A program made the position numbers and the translations under genes. From Woeseia sp. (lineage in GTDB: Bacteria > Pseudomonadota > Gammaproteobacteria > Steroidobacterales > Woeseiaceae), in contig JBBKWB010000020.1 in NCBI GenBank assembly GCA_037968755.1, positions 2,228 through 66,227 on the forward strand: DNA of 64,000 bases, given 5' to 3'. This document shows positions 27,690-37,537 of this stretch, piece after piece (the stretch's first letter is position 1; every line of letters begins with the position of its first letter). The notes under the pieces are model-generated. The model was given only the letters and a program-made list of their open reading frames with translations. It made no database searches and was not told the origin of the DNA.

Positions 27690-30422
27690 CTACAGTTGGC
27701 AGCGACTGCCGCTACAGACCCGTCCTAGTGCACCTAATCCCGGCAAGCTGATGCCGCTCTTCGCCTCGTCGTCGAAGCGTTTGTAACGCCAGCATCCTTT
27801 CAGTTCCATGTCAGGTCGGTCCCATTTGCGCCAGTCCTGTTTGTACTTGATGCGCTGAAACTCGACACCGGTTTCCGCCTTGATTTTGTAGTCCGATTCT
27901 TTCGCACTGCCGTCCCAGCCGTGCGATCCCCACGCAATACGCTTGGCCGGGTCGATCACCATAACAACATGACCGTCGTTACGAACATCGCTGCGGTACA
28001 CCAGTATGTCTCCTAACGACAAGTCTTCATTGGCAGGACATTGTTCAAAATCATCTGCCATTAAGGAATCATCGGCGACCATCTGTGCAGTTGCGAGGTA
28101 GCTATCACTCCGGTTGTAGTCAAGGCCCGCGCGCGTGAATGCGTACCAAATCGCACGCGAGCAATCGATGCCTTCTGCGAGATTTGCTTCGTCGGATGCC
28201 TTCGACCAGTCGTGTTGGAGGTAGGAGAAGCCCTCTCTTCGTGACGCACCGGCTAGCCACTCGGCTTGTTTCAAAACGCGATAAACCGCCGAGTCTGGGT
28301 CGTCAGGCAAGTACGGGCGGACATCGAAGTTTCGTAAGGTGTACTCGCGAATGTCGATATCGTTAGTCGTGGTACTGGCCTTCTTGAACGACTGGTTGGC
28401 ACGGACACGAAACGGCACCGCGCTGATCGTCCAGGTCGTGTCCTCAACAATTCCGCCAGATGCCTGGATGCCACGCGTACCCGGGTTGAGGTAGTTGTGC
28501 AGTGCCCTTGCGAGCGAGGATTTCCGGGGTATACCGGGACCGCGTGCGGCGGCGCTTTTGGTCATCAAATGCCACGGGACCGGGTTGCTTTCCTCGGTAC
28601 CGAACACGAGTATGTGTTCCTGAATATTCAACGGCGGCACGCCGACAAACCCCTCTTCGTTTTTGTTGAAGATGAGCTCTTCGCCCGGTCGCAGAATTTC
28701 TGTTCGACCGTCAAATGGAAAACCAAATGTCGACCCATCGCTCGACAGGGCCACCCCGCCGACGGCCAGTGCTTTCGGCGATTGTTCCGAGAGTCTCACC
28801 TTGACATGCCACTTGTGGCACAACGGGATCAGCTGTTCCTCGTTTGGTTGCGCTGCAACCCAGCTTCCGTCCGCGCATTCCGACTGTGACTCGGATTCAA
28901 CAAGCTGAACCTGCAACGTGCTGTGGTCGACAAAATCAGTGCCGCCCTCACCAACCAACAAAAGCAGAGCGCGTTGCCGGGCATGTTGCCAGAGACTCTG
29001 TGGCACAGTGTCCTCACTTGCGTACACGTTGCGAATTCGATTTTCTGGTCCCCGTAGGATCAATCGACTTCTTTCGTCGATACTCAGTTCAAATTGGTCG
29101 TCATGATCGACGAGTTCAACCAGCGCTTTGGCCTCGGGATCGGTAACAATCATCTCGCGAATCGCATCGGCACGGCGTTGCGGGATACCGCCTGGCAGGT
29201 TTGGGTCACGTAGTCCCACTCTGATCTTTAGTGCGTCGTCGCTGACGCGGACGAGGACCGCGAGATCACCGGGCTCAATGGCGGCGGCACCTGGCATTTC
29301 GGTGGCAATTACGGCACGTGCATTCAACCCCGTTGACTCGGTCACTACTACCGTTGCCTTCGCTTTCGCCGGATCGCCCAGGTCGCCGGGCGTTGCCGCG
29401 CCATCGTAAACCCGGAACTCTGCTCCGCGACCGGCACCGGTTAATGGCGGCCCGCCGATCTCAAGCGGATCTACGTCAATTACGTCCCAGCCTGCGGCGC
29501 GAGTGCCGCTGCGATTGCCGAAGACCGCCCGATTCAGGTCACCCTGAAAATACGGAATCTGATAGCTGTTCGCTGCAACCAAAGGCGGGACCTGGCGAGA
29601 CAGTTGCGCGTACGTCATTATGCCGGCGCGTGGTCGGGACAGGACCTGGATCAGGGCGCCAGTAAACACGCCACTCTCGGCGGTTTCAAGCGCTGGCGTT
29701 CCGTCACTGGCTGCGGTCAACGCAACCAATCCCGGCAGCGAATCGGGGGCCCAATCGCCGCCGCCGTCGCCGCCGCCGTCATCACCGCTACTGGTTGGTG
29801 TCGCGGTGCGCGCCGTTCTCGGCAGGAATCGCGCCTGCAATTCGGAGTCACCGCGCGTTGATGTGCCGGAATTACACGAATCAACAATGGCGACGATGTT
29901 GCGCGTCTTCGCATGCAGTTGCTGCAACATTTTGTGAAAGTCGTCGTCGACCAACTCGTCAGCACCCCAACCATCGGCGTTGTGAAAGACAAACGTTTCA
30001 TCCCATTCGTCAGGTTCATCACCATTCTGGTCAGTCACCTGTGAGCCATGGCCCGCGTAAAACACGACCGCCACATCGTTTTCCCGCGCGCGATCGACAA
30101 GCGCCTCCTTGAACGCGTTGCGGAAGTTGTCACTTGTGGCCGCTTCATTCTGCAGCATGCAGATATTTTCTTTCGGGAAGTTATAGGTGTTGGTCAGAAG
30201 CTGGTATATGCCATTGGCATCAGCGAGCGTCCCTGGCAAGTCGGTGACGGATTCGTTAGCGTAGTCGCCGACGCCAACGATCAGTGCAAGATGACGGGTA
30301 CCGTCGATCGCGATTGCGTCGCCAATGTCACACATGTCGCTTTCGGGTGTGGTAGCCGTCTGGCATGACTGCACACCGAGAATCGATAACAGGGTCACGC
30401 ACACACGTTGCAGCTTATTCAC
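27690..30422 (-). CDS. lipoprotein fusing an N-terminal caspase-like (C14) domain to a C-terminal NlpC/P60 cysteine peptidase domain
   Basis: Lipobox LGVQSC. Caspase dyad FYAGHG and VDSCNSG (about 29780-30300). NlpC/P60 motifs GIDCSRAIWYAF and GDILVYRS...GHVVMVID (about 27900-28200). Confidence 0.8.
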   Translation of the reverse strand: MNKLQRVCVTLLSILGVQSCQTATTPESDMCDIGDAIAIDGTRHLALIVGVGDYANESVTDLPGTLADANGIYQLLTNTYNFPKENICMLQNEAATSDNFRNAFKEALVDRARENDVAVVFYAGHGSQVTDQNGDEPDEWDETFVFHNADGWGADELVDDDFHKMLQQLHAKTRNIVAIVDSCNSGTSTRGDSELQARFLPRTARTATPTSSGDDGGGDGGGDWAPDSLPGLVALTAASDGTPALETAESGVFTGALIQVLSRPRAGIMTYAQLSRQVPPLVAANSYQIPYFQGDLNRAVFGNRSGTRAAGWDVIDVDPLEIGGPPLTGAGRGAEFRVYDGAATPGDLGDPAKAKATVVVTESTGLNARAVIATEMPGAAAIEPGDLAVLVRVSDDALKIRVGLRDPNLPGGIPQRRADAIREMIVTDPEAKALVELVDHDDQFELSIDERSRLILRGPENRIRNVYASEDTVPQSLWQHARQRALLLLVGEGGTDFVDHSTLQVQLVESESQSECADGSWVAAQPNEEQLIPLCHKWHVKVRLSEQSPKALAVGGVALSSDGSTFGFPFDGRTEILRPGEELIFNKNEEGFVGVPPLNIQEHILVFGTEESNPVPWHLMTKSAAARGPGIPRKSSLARALHNYLNPGTRGIQASGGIVEDTTWTISAVPFRVRANQSFKKASTTTNDIDIREYTLRNFDVRPYLPDDPDSAVYRVLKQAEWLAGASRREGFSYLQHDWSKASDEANLAEGIDCSRAIWYAFTRAGLDYNRSDSYLATAQMVADDSLMADDFEQCPANEDLSLGDILVYRSDVRNDGHVVMVIDPAKRIAWGSHGWDGSAKESDYKIKAETGVEFQRIKYKQDWRKWDRPDMELKGCWRYKRFDDEAKSGISLPGLGALGRVCSGSRCQL

Positions 30423-30488
30423 CGAATTTCTCCCAAGGCAGACCGGAGATTAGATAGTATAGTCCCAACCACAGACCGGGAGACAATC

Positions 30489-31919
30489 ATGTTGAAATGG
30501 GCGGACAGACTAGGCCGGCTGGTGCTTCTCTCCTTTGCGGTGATTGTCGTATATCGGTTCTGGGTTTGGTGGATGCCGGATGAACCGGAAACTTATTTGC
30601 GGACAGACTTGGTTAACGCGCAGGAGTCCGACGCGTTTGTTACCGGGTTTGCGATGGTTGCCCTCGTGCAATTCGATACTGGCCGCGACAAACTCGTAGC
30701 CTTCTCGTTCATAGAGCCGGAGGCCAACCGCAGAGACGTCAAGGGGTTTTGCTACCGACTGTACGAACTCGTAATCGGCTACGACAGTCTGTGGGCGACT
30801 GTGAAATCGGCAGAGGCTCGGCAAGGTAGTGAAGTCCAAATCGATCCACCGCGCGTCCTTGCGGCGGATGTCGTCGAGGCTCGCCAGGGTGGCGATGATA
30901 CCAGCCAGGCGAAGTGTGATCGTATTAACCTGGTCAGCGGCGAGACCAACAACGGCGCGCGGCTGGCAATGTTGCAACAGTCCCTGGTTGACAACAATCA
31001 GTGGGACAGTCACGTGCGGCATGCTACCAACGTCATCACGACGTTTTCCGCGACTATCGCTGCACGCCGCCGCGCGGTGTTCGACAATCGCCTGGACAAT
31101 CTTGAAACTGCGAGCAGGGGGTTGGCTGGTACCGCAACGGTGGCGCAATACAATGAGTGGCTCGAGCGATCGCGGGAAGGTTTGTCAGTTGCTGCGAGCG
31201 ACGAAGGCACGCGCGAGCTGCGACGAACAACAAACATAGAAGCCCTGGACTCTGCACAGCCTCTACCCGAAACAAGGGGAATCGATGATCGCGGCGAATC
31301 GCAGAGTCGCGGTTTGCTGGGTGACGCGAAGGATGCCATCGGTGGAGCTCTCGAGTCCGAGGCGAGTCATGTCCGTCTGGCGATTGCCGATGCCGGCGGA
31401 TTTCTCGGCACGCTGAAACTGACGTTTTCCACGATTGGCATCTTCACGCAGCAGGCTCGCAAGTGGGTGTTCTGGAAGAACGGACAGTTCTATATTCGCC
31501 AGGACTTCGCGGACGCAACCTACGGCAGCGACTTTACGCTTGATCTGGCACGTTCCCGGGGCGGCTTGTTCGCACCCCGGCGGCTTGAAATCACTGTGCC
31601 AGAGCCGTATCTGCTGGCGCTTGATCGTTACACAACAGTTATCGTGGCCAGGCCGGACGACTTTCAACTCAAGCTTGAAGACGATACCGGAAATACCATC
31701 GAAGCGGCGATGAAAGCGGATCTGCAAACGCAAATCGATCGAGTGGAGCCGCAGGCTATTCGCTTTGCCAAGGCTCTCTTAACGACGCAAATCCAACAAC
31801 TAGTGGAGGCTGATGTGTCGGAGGTCAGGGTACGTTTTGCAGAACGCGACTCCGCGTCACCGCAACAATTGACCGAATTGATTCGTTTGATGCGCGAAAG
31901 ACCCGAAGAAAACGACTAA
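30489..31919 (+). CDS. hypothetical membrane-anchored protein
   Basis: Start set at Met28 (MLKWADRLGRLVLLSFAVIVVYRFWVWW, single N-terminal TM). 476 aa. No family recognised. Confidence 0.5.
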   Translation: MLKWADRLGRLVLLSFAVIVVYRFWVWWMPDEPETYLRTDLVNAQESDAFVTGFAMVALVQFDTGRDKLVAFSFIEPEANRRDVKGFCYRLYELVIGYDSLWATVKSAEARQGSEVQIDPPRVLAADVVEARQGGDDTSQAKCDRINLVSGETNNGARLAMLQQSLVDNNQWDSHVRHATNVITTFSATIAARRRAVFDNRLDNLETASRGLAGTATVAQYNEWLERSREGLSVAASDEGTRELRRTTNIEALDSAQPLPETRGIDDRGESQSRGLLGDAKDAIGGALESEASHVRLAIADAGGFLGTLKLTFSTIGIFTQQARKWVFWKNGQFYIRQDFADATYGSDFTLDLARSRGGLFAPRRLEITVPEPYLLALDRYTTVIVARPDDFQLKLEDDTGNTIEAAMKADLQTQIDRVEPQAIRFAKALLTTQIQQLVEADVSEVRVRFAERDSASPQQLTELIRLMRERPEEND

Positions 31920-31962
31920 ACTTGACTTGACGCCACCTGGTCAGTACGTCACCTGGGGCGAA

Positions 31963-33531
31963 CTACATCAAGGCCACTGCGCGCTCCGCCAACGCACCGA
32001 TAGTGCGCGTCGGATTGCGCCCTACGGCCTCGGGAATTATCGAGCCATCGATGACAAAGAGATTCTGGTAGCCGAAGACTGAGCCCTTATGGTCTACGAC
32101 GCCGGTGTCGCGGCTAGTGCCCATGTTACAGCCGCCGAGCGGGTGTGGCGTCACCAGGTTTTTCAATAGTGTCCAGGTCGGCGGCACCCACGGGTCGCCG
32201 TCAGTCGCAAATGAGAGCTTCTTGTGCATGTCTACGATCGCGTCCATGACAGCCTCGGACTTATCGATCTCCCAATCCAGTTTCAGAGTCCGGGTCCACG
32301 GCCAGTACCATTTGCGGCCGAGATACATACGACCGTCGGCTGCATCGATGCCTTGCGAAAACCAGGGCATCATCTTGTTCAGAGGGTCGCGGCCTCGCAT
32401 CTTCTTGTGAATTTGGTCCAATGCCGGCCGATATTTACGTAGCTTTTTCCGTGTGAGCATTTCTTCTCTGAGATTGCCGACAACATCAGGAAAGCCACCG
32501 TCTTCGATCCAGAATTGCTGTCCATCCTGGCTGCCGTCCAGAAAATCGATCGCCGAGGTGATCGTCGGACCCTGGGTTGGAGACACGCGCCGTTCTTCGT
32601 AGAAAGCGGGTGTCAGGAAGTCGCCGTTGGAACTCCACCTATGACCGAGAACCGGGCTAATGTCACGCAGCGTCTTAAATTCGTCGCGACATCGCAATAA
32701 TAGTTCGGTCGAATTCAACGACCCCGCTGCAACAACAACGCGCTCCGCCTGCACCGAATCGCGCGCCAGTTTTCCGTCCGACAGTCGATCGTAGTCGAGC
32801 TTGTAACCCGAGCCATCTCTGGAAATACGACGAACGATATGCAGCGGCCGAATCTCAGTGCCAAGTCTTTCGGCAACCGCGAGATAATTCATTTCAAGCG
32901 TGTTTTTCGCGCGCACATCGCAACCAATGTCACAATTGCCAAGATGTATGCAAGTGCCCTGTTCGACGCCATGCTGATTTGTAAACGTTTTTGAGTGCTT
33001 GTGATTGAACTTGTCGTCTAGCCCGTAATGCCAGTCGTCGTCGAAGGTGACGGCGATCGGTAACTTCCGAAAGCGGTCGCTGTGACCGATTGCAGCAGCT
33101 CCGTCGCGCATCAGCTTAAAGCGCTCTGTTAGTTGACCATCCGGTAATTCCTGAACATCCAGCATACGTCCGACTTCGTCATAGTGAGGCTTGAGCTCGT
33201 TGTAGGTGATCTCCGGTGGCCAACCCTTGTCGAAAATAGCCGGCGGAGCCTCGACGGAAATGTTGGCGTAAATCAGCGAACCACCGCCGACAGCCGCTCC
33301 TTGCACAACGGCCATATCGGGAAAAATACGAAAATCGATCCAGCCATTTTGCCGGTGCGGTTCATCGACATCGTAGATCCAGTCATCCGTCAGTGAGCGT
33401 GGATACTCGCTGACGTCCCAACGCCGCCCGCGTTCAAGCACCAGAACCTTTGCGCCCTTCTGCGCCAGCCGGCATGCGGTAATCGCACCGCCGAATCCGC
33501 TGCCGATTACGATAGTGTCAAAGGTCGCCAT
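31963..33531 (-). CDS. GMC-family flavin oxidoreductase (cholesterol-oxidase-like)
   Basis: FAD motif DTIVIGSGFGGAITACRLAQKG. C-terminal HPLGGCNMG...FVIDGSIIP is typical of the GMC C-domain. Confidence 0.85.
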   Translation of the reverse strand: MATFDTIVIGSGFGGAITACRLAQKGAKVLVLERGRRWDVSEYPRSLTDDWIYDVDEPHRQNGWIDFRIFPDMAVVQGAAVGGGSLIYANISVEAPPAIFDKGWPPEITYNELKPHYDEVGRMLDVQELPDGQLTERFKLMRDGAAAIGHSDRFRKLPIAVTFDDDWHYGLDDKFNHKHSKTFTNQHGVEQGTCIHLGNCDIGCDVRAKNTLEMNYLAVAERLGTEIRPLHIVRRISRDGSGYKLDYDRLSDGKLARDSVQAERVVVAAGSLNSTELLLRCRDEFKTLRDISPVLGHRWSSNGDFLTPAFYEERRVSPTQGPTITSAIDFLDGSQDGQQFWIEDGGFPDVVGNLREEMLTRKKLRKYRPALDQIHKKMRGRDPLNKMMPWFSQGIDAADGRMYLGRKWYWPWTRTLKLDWEIDKSEAVMDAIVDMHKKLSFATDGDPWVPPTWTLLKNLVTPHPLGGCNMGTSRDTGVVDHKGSVFGYQNLFVIDGSIIPEAVGRNPTRTIGALAERAVALM

Positions 33532-33567
33532 TGTCTGTTACTCCGCGTACATGAGTTCTATGCCACC

Positions 33568-35538
33568 TTACCGATAGGAAATGGATATTGGCCCTTCGAT
33601 CAGGCTGGAAAGTGTTTCGATATTGCCCGATTTCGGTTCAAACCAAGGCTCGCCGCGGCCGGCGTCTGGCTGCAGCGACCAGCTAGAAAGGCGACGTTCA
33701 ACACTGTCGATTGCCCAACTGGTATCGTGCGGCACCTTGGTCACGCCGACCGGGTAAATCGTCATCGTTCCGTCAGCCTTGATATGAAATCGCAAAAAGT
33801 TCTTGTAGTCCGGATCGCTCTGGCAAAGCAGTATTTCGTTGTCATGCAGATCAAACAGTCGATTCGAAATCCATAGGTAGAGGCCGAAGACCATTCCGCC
33901 GAGAAAACCGCCAATCACCAACATTTCAACGCCGAACAACAACACCTGCCGCCATTCGTCTACGTCGAATTCCAGAATGCCGAGGTTGACGAACGCAATC
34001 GCGCGCATGAAAAACAAAAACAAAACGATGTGTGCCAAGGCATGCAGGACGCCATGCACAATACGTTTAGCGGGATGCTGGAATCCGGAAAAGGCAATCA
34101 GCCCAAGCGTCAGGATAAACATGAAAGTGACACTTATTGGACTGTGCGCAAGTACGCGGACGATTGCCAGTAAATCAAACTGTGTTGCCAACTTGTCAAG
34201 CAATGTCGCGCCACTGCCGCTGGCTCCTGCAGATATCTTGCTGACGCTCTGGATAACCCAGGCAAGCAGCAGGTAAAACGTGCCAATGAACGCCGAGAAT
34301 CCCCAGTTGAGGCGAAAGAATGGAAACAACAAGCTGCGAATAGCGAGACGCTTCGAGGCTTTTCTACCAGGGAAAATCGCTTTACGCTGACAAGTCTCTC
34401 CGCCGAATTTCTCGGGCAACTTGAGTGTTTCGGGCATATTGTGCGTCGGGTATAACGACGCACCGCCGCCACCGGATACGAACCGCTGCTGCCGCCCATC
34501 GCCGTCAGCTTCGTAACGCGTGTAGTTGTGGGCATCGCCGGCCAGGGCAACCGTTATGTTGTGGTCAAACTTCTCTATGAGCGTTTTTTGCAGGTGGCCG
34601 AGGTTGTTGTATTCCTTTTCCTTTTGGCGCTCCTTCTGCACCGGATCGCGTTCCTGATGCGTGTGCATCTCGACATAGGCCCAGCTCGGCTCCGCCGTAC
34701 AAAGAATAATGTTCGAGCCGCGCGGCATTAGTTCCGCAATTGCACCAAAATAGTCGAGCTGCGGCTTGTCGATATTCGCGTTCAATTGAATGTCGATACC
34801 CCAGACCCACAGCTGTTCATCGAGCCGCAATGAAAAATAGCTGCGTTTTTGTTGCGTCTTCCAGCCGCCAATCCAGAGTTTGTGGCAGAACAGCTGAAAG
34901 AAACTGCCGAGGCCGTCATACCAGTCATGATTGCCCGGCACGACGTAGAGGTGCGGCGCTTCGTCGGCATCAGCGACGCTCGGCAGTGCACTGCGATACG
35001 GCCCGATCAGCCGATCACCGTACTCCGTGAGGCTGGACGTGGGATAGACCTGATCGCCCCCCATTACAAGAATGTTGCCGCGTTTCGTCTTTATTGGCGC
35101 ATCGCTTTTTGCGATGCTGCCCATACCATTGGCGTCAAATGCGAGTTCATCTTCGGCAAGCAAGCGCGCTATCGTGTACGTCGGATCCCAGCCGTCGCCC
35201 AGATCGCCGACGTAGTCAATCCAGATCTCGCCGTTACGCTGAAAATAGCCCGAATAGTCATGCCATTCGCTGGGCGCGAGCACAGACTCGATTTCACGCT
35301 TGTCCGCGTATGAACCAAAAATGCCGGACACGACGGCGCGAAAACCGGCAACGAACAACTCCTTCGGACTGTACCAGCCAACCATCGGCTGCGGTGTGAA
35401 GTCCAGGTCCTTGAGTGTCGACGGCACCGGCACGCTGTATTGCTCTTGCGGGTCAGCTTGCGCCGAAGCGCTGTTGGACCAATCGTGCTCGCGTCTGATC
35501 AGAGTACTGTTGTTCATTGCTTCCGCCCCGGCCGACAT
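33568..35538 (-). CDS. membrane-bound metallophosphoesterase
   Basis: Calcineurin-like motifs GDLGDGWD, GGDQVYP, VPGNHDWYDG and LAGDAHNY. The C-terminal half has about 5 TM helices. Confidence 0.7.
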   Translation of the reverse strand: MSAGAEAMNNSTLIRREHDWSNSASAQADPQEQYSVPVPSTLKDLDFTPQPMVGWYSPKELFVAGFRAVVSGIFGSYADKREIESVLAPSEWHDYSGYFQRNGEIWIDYVGDLGDGWDPTYTIARLLAEDELAFDANGMGSIAKSDAPIKTKRGNILVMGGDQVYPTSSLTEYGDRLIGPYRSALPSVADADEAPHLYVVPGNHDWYDGLGSFFQLFCHKLWIGGWKTQQKRSYFSLRLDEQLWVWGIDIQLNANIDKPQLDYFGAIAELMPRGSNIILCTAEPSWAYVEMHTHQERDPVQKERQKEKEYNNLGHLQKTLIEKFDHNITVALAGDAHNYTRYEADGDGRQQRFVSGGGGASLYPTHNMPETLKLPEKFGGETCQRKAIFPGRKASKRLAIRSLLFPFFRLNWGFSAFIGTFYLLLAWVIQSVSKISAGASGSGATLLDKLATQFDLLAIVRVLAHSPISVTFMFILTLGLIAFSGFQHPAKRIVHGVLHALAHIVLFLFFMRAIAFVNLGILEFDVDEWRQVLLFGVEMLVIGGFLGGMVFGLYLWISNRLFDLHDNEILLCQSDPDYKNFLRFHIKADGTMTIYPVGVTKVPHDTSWAIDSVERRLSSWSLQPDAGRGEPWFEPKSGNIETLSSLIEGPISISYR

Positions 35539-35547
35539 TTCGTGTGG

Positions 35548-37107
35548 TCAGTCATCTTTACCGGCGAGTCGCGCGTAGGAATCCCAAAGTTCGCCTAGAA
35601 AGAACTTGCCGAATCGCAGAATCGTCTTCGCCGACTCTGCTGTCGAAGACGTCCCCGTCGCTTTCATCGTCGATACCAGTTTCGCAAGTTGCGTGATACC
35701 GAGTTTGAGTACACCGGCGCCAACAACCTCACCAGCAGTGTCGGTACCACGATACAGGACCGTGTTAAGCGTCGTTGTGTCGGAGAGCAAATCGAATCCG
35801 GGGTCGTCGCGCACGGTCTTGCGCCCGGCAAGGTAGTAGGACTGACCGTCATGCTCGAAACCCAGCTCATAGATCATGTACTTCGTGTCGGGCGCGTCCG
35901 TCGGCGAGAACAGGTTAAATACGCCTGTGCTAGCCGGTATGCCTGTGCCGAGTGGTGTGAAATCGATGCTTCCGGCGATTTCGCCGACGTGCTGCGGGTC
36001 GTCAATAAAACCAGCCAGATCGCGAATGTTGATGCTGGCGTGCATGGCAAGTTTCGTATCCTCCGCTTTACCTTTCCTGGCACCAGCGGCGGAGTCGGTC
36101 TCGTGTAACGCAAAGTAACCCTTCATGGTTTCGCGAAAGCTGATTCCTGCAGCAGAATTGTTCATCTGTGTTACCTCAGGTGAGAAGCCAACGCCGCTGT
36201 TCGTCATTGTGGCGAGATATGATCTTGCGTCCGCGTAACCCATCGCAATCAGAGTGTCAGAGTCTATGCGGCCGAGATAAAGGTCCGGGTCGAGCGGCAG
36301 TGGATTGGCCGGCTTGATAACGTGCAGTCGAACTGGATTTGCCTGGCCATACGGGCTGTCGCCGGCAGCGATACGACGATTCAGATCGTTGATGCGATCG
36401 AACTCCTCGGCCAACCCGCCCGCAGCACTCATTTCGATCATATGAACATACTGCTCGAATGGCCCAGCTTTGTACTCCGTTGTGTTGCCGATGCACCAGA
36501 CCAACCAGATTTCCTCTGCACCACGCCTGACGGCTTCGAAGCAATTGGCGTCTTTGATCCAGACCGAATCGGTATAAACAACACCGTCCTTCAAGACAGG
36601 TGGCATGAACACCGGAAGTGAAATACCTGCGACGAGATAATCGAGGTCGAGATCACGGTGCGATATGGCTTCATTGGTTTTTCGCGAGAAATTGCAGACG
36701 TTAAAGGTGCCTTCCATGCTGGTCGCCTTGTTGATCTTGCCAACGTCGATGCCTAAATGCGGAAAGACCTTCTCGATGATGCCGTCAGCGTCGCCCATGG
36801 CCATCATATCGGCGGCATTGAGGTATTTGTGGAATGGCACGAAAGAAACGAAATCACGAACTTTCAATGTACGCCAGCGAGCACACATTTCCGTCGGGCT
36901 GAGGCCGGAAAACAGCATGGCGAGATTGATCGTGCCACCAGACGTACCGTCGCCATGGCTAAAGTCAATGCCTCCGTCTTCGAGTGCTTTGAGGACGCCC
37001 GCCTGGTAGGCAACCCGGATACCGCCGCCGGCCAGGATAAGCGAGCGCTTCGGTCCTGCAGCATTCGCGGCGCGGGACAGGCTAACGTTAGCGGAGGCGG
37101 GACTCAC
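35548..37107 (-). CDS. patatin-like phospholipase with an uncharacterised ~200-aa C-terminal domain
   Basis: Oxyanion motif LAGGGIRVAYQAG and nucleophile motif GTSGG. 4-nt overlap with the upstream gene. Confidence 0.85.
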   Translation of the reverse strand: MSPASANVSLSRAANAAGPKRSLILAGGGIRVAYQAGVLKALEDGGIDFSHGDGTSGGTINLAMLFSGLSPTEMCARWRTLKVRDFVSFVPFHKYLNAADMMAMGDADGIIEKVFPHLGIDVGKINKATSMEGTFNVCNFSRKTNEAISHRDLDLDYLVAGISLPVFMPPVLKDGVVYTDSVWIKDANCFEAVRRGAEEIWLVWCIGNTTEYKAGPFEQYVHMIEMSAAGGLAEEFDRINDLNRRIAAGDSPYGQANPVRLHVIKPANPLPLDPDLYLGRIDSDTLIAMGYADARSYLATMTNSGVGFSPEVTQMNNSAAGISFRETMKGYFALHETDSAAGARKGKAEDTKLAMHASINIRDLAGFIDDPQHVGEIAGSIDFTPLGTGIPASTGVFNLFSPTDAPDTKYMIYELGFEHDGQSYYLAGRKTVRDDPGFDLLSDTTTLNTVLYRGTDTAGEVVGAGVLKLGITQLAKLVSTMKATGTSSTAESAKTILRFGKFFLGELWDSYARLAGKDD

Positions 37108-37505
37108 TTTGCTCGATGCGCGTCAACGACGCGGCGAATAGAAAACCAATAATAGAAGATAAGCACGGCAGACAGCAGGTCAAAGGCGGCAACACCGAGG
37201 GCCAACCAGGAAAAAAGGTCACGAAAGACCCCCAGGCCGACGGCAACCGCTGCACCGAATTTCTGCAAGCCACACCACATCACGGGCATTGGTTGCGGCG
37301 ATGCTGCGGCCAGACTTTGCCAGAGCAAGCCGCCAAACAGCACCATAAACATGCCGACAATTGCGAAGAAATGATTGGTTGCGGCACTAACGTCGCCACC
37401 GACGATAGCGAGCACCCACTGTGGCTTGATCATCTGCACAAGGCCACTAACGATAGTGAGCAATGCGATAACTTTAAGCAGCCGTACAAGAACTTTCCCG
37501 ATCAT
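37104..37505 (-). CDS. small polytopic membrane protein
   Basis: Start moved to Met46 (ATG 37505), preceded by AAGAGGAA. 133 aa with four hydrophobic segments. Confidence 0.5.
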   Translation of the reverse strand: MIGKVLVRLLKVIALLTIVSGLVQMIKPQWVLAIVGGDVSAATNHFFAIVGMFMVLFGGLLWQSLAAASPQPMPVMWCGLQKFGAAVAVGLGVFRDLFSWLALGVAAFDLLSAVLIFYYWFSIRRVVDAHRAK

Positions 37506-37537
37506 CGAATATTCCTCTTTCACGGTCGCAATCCTGA

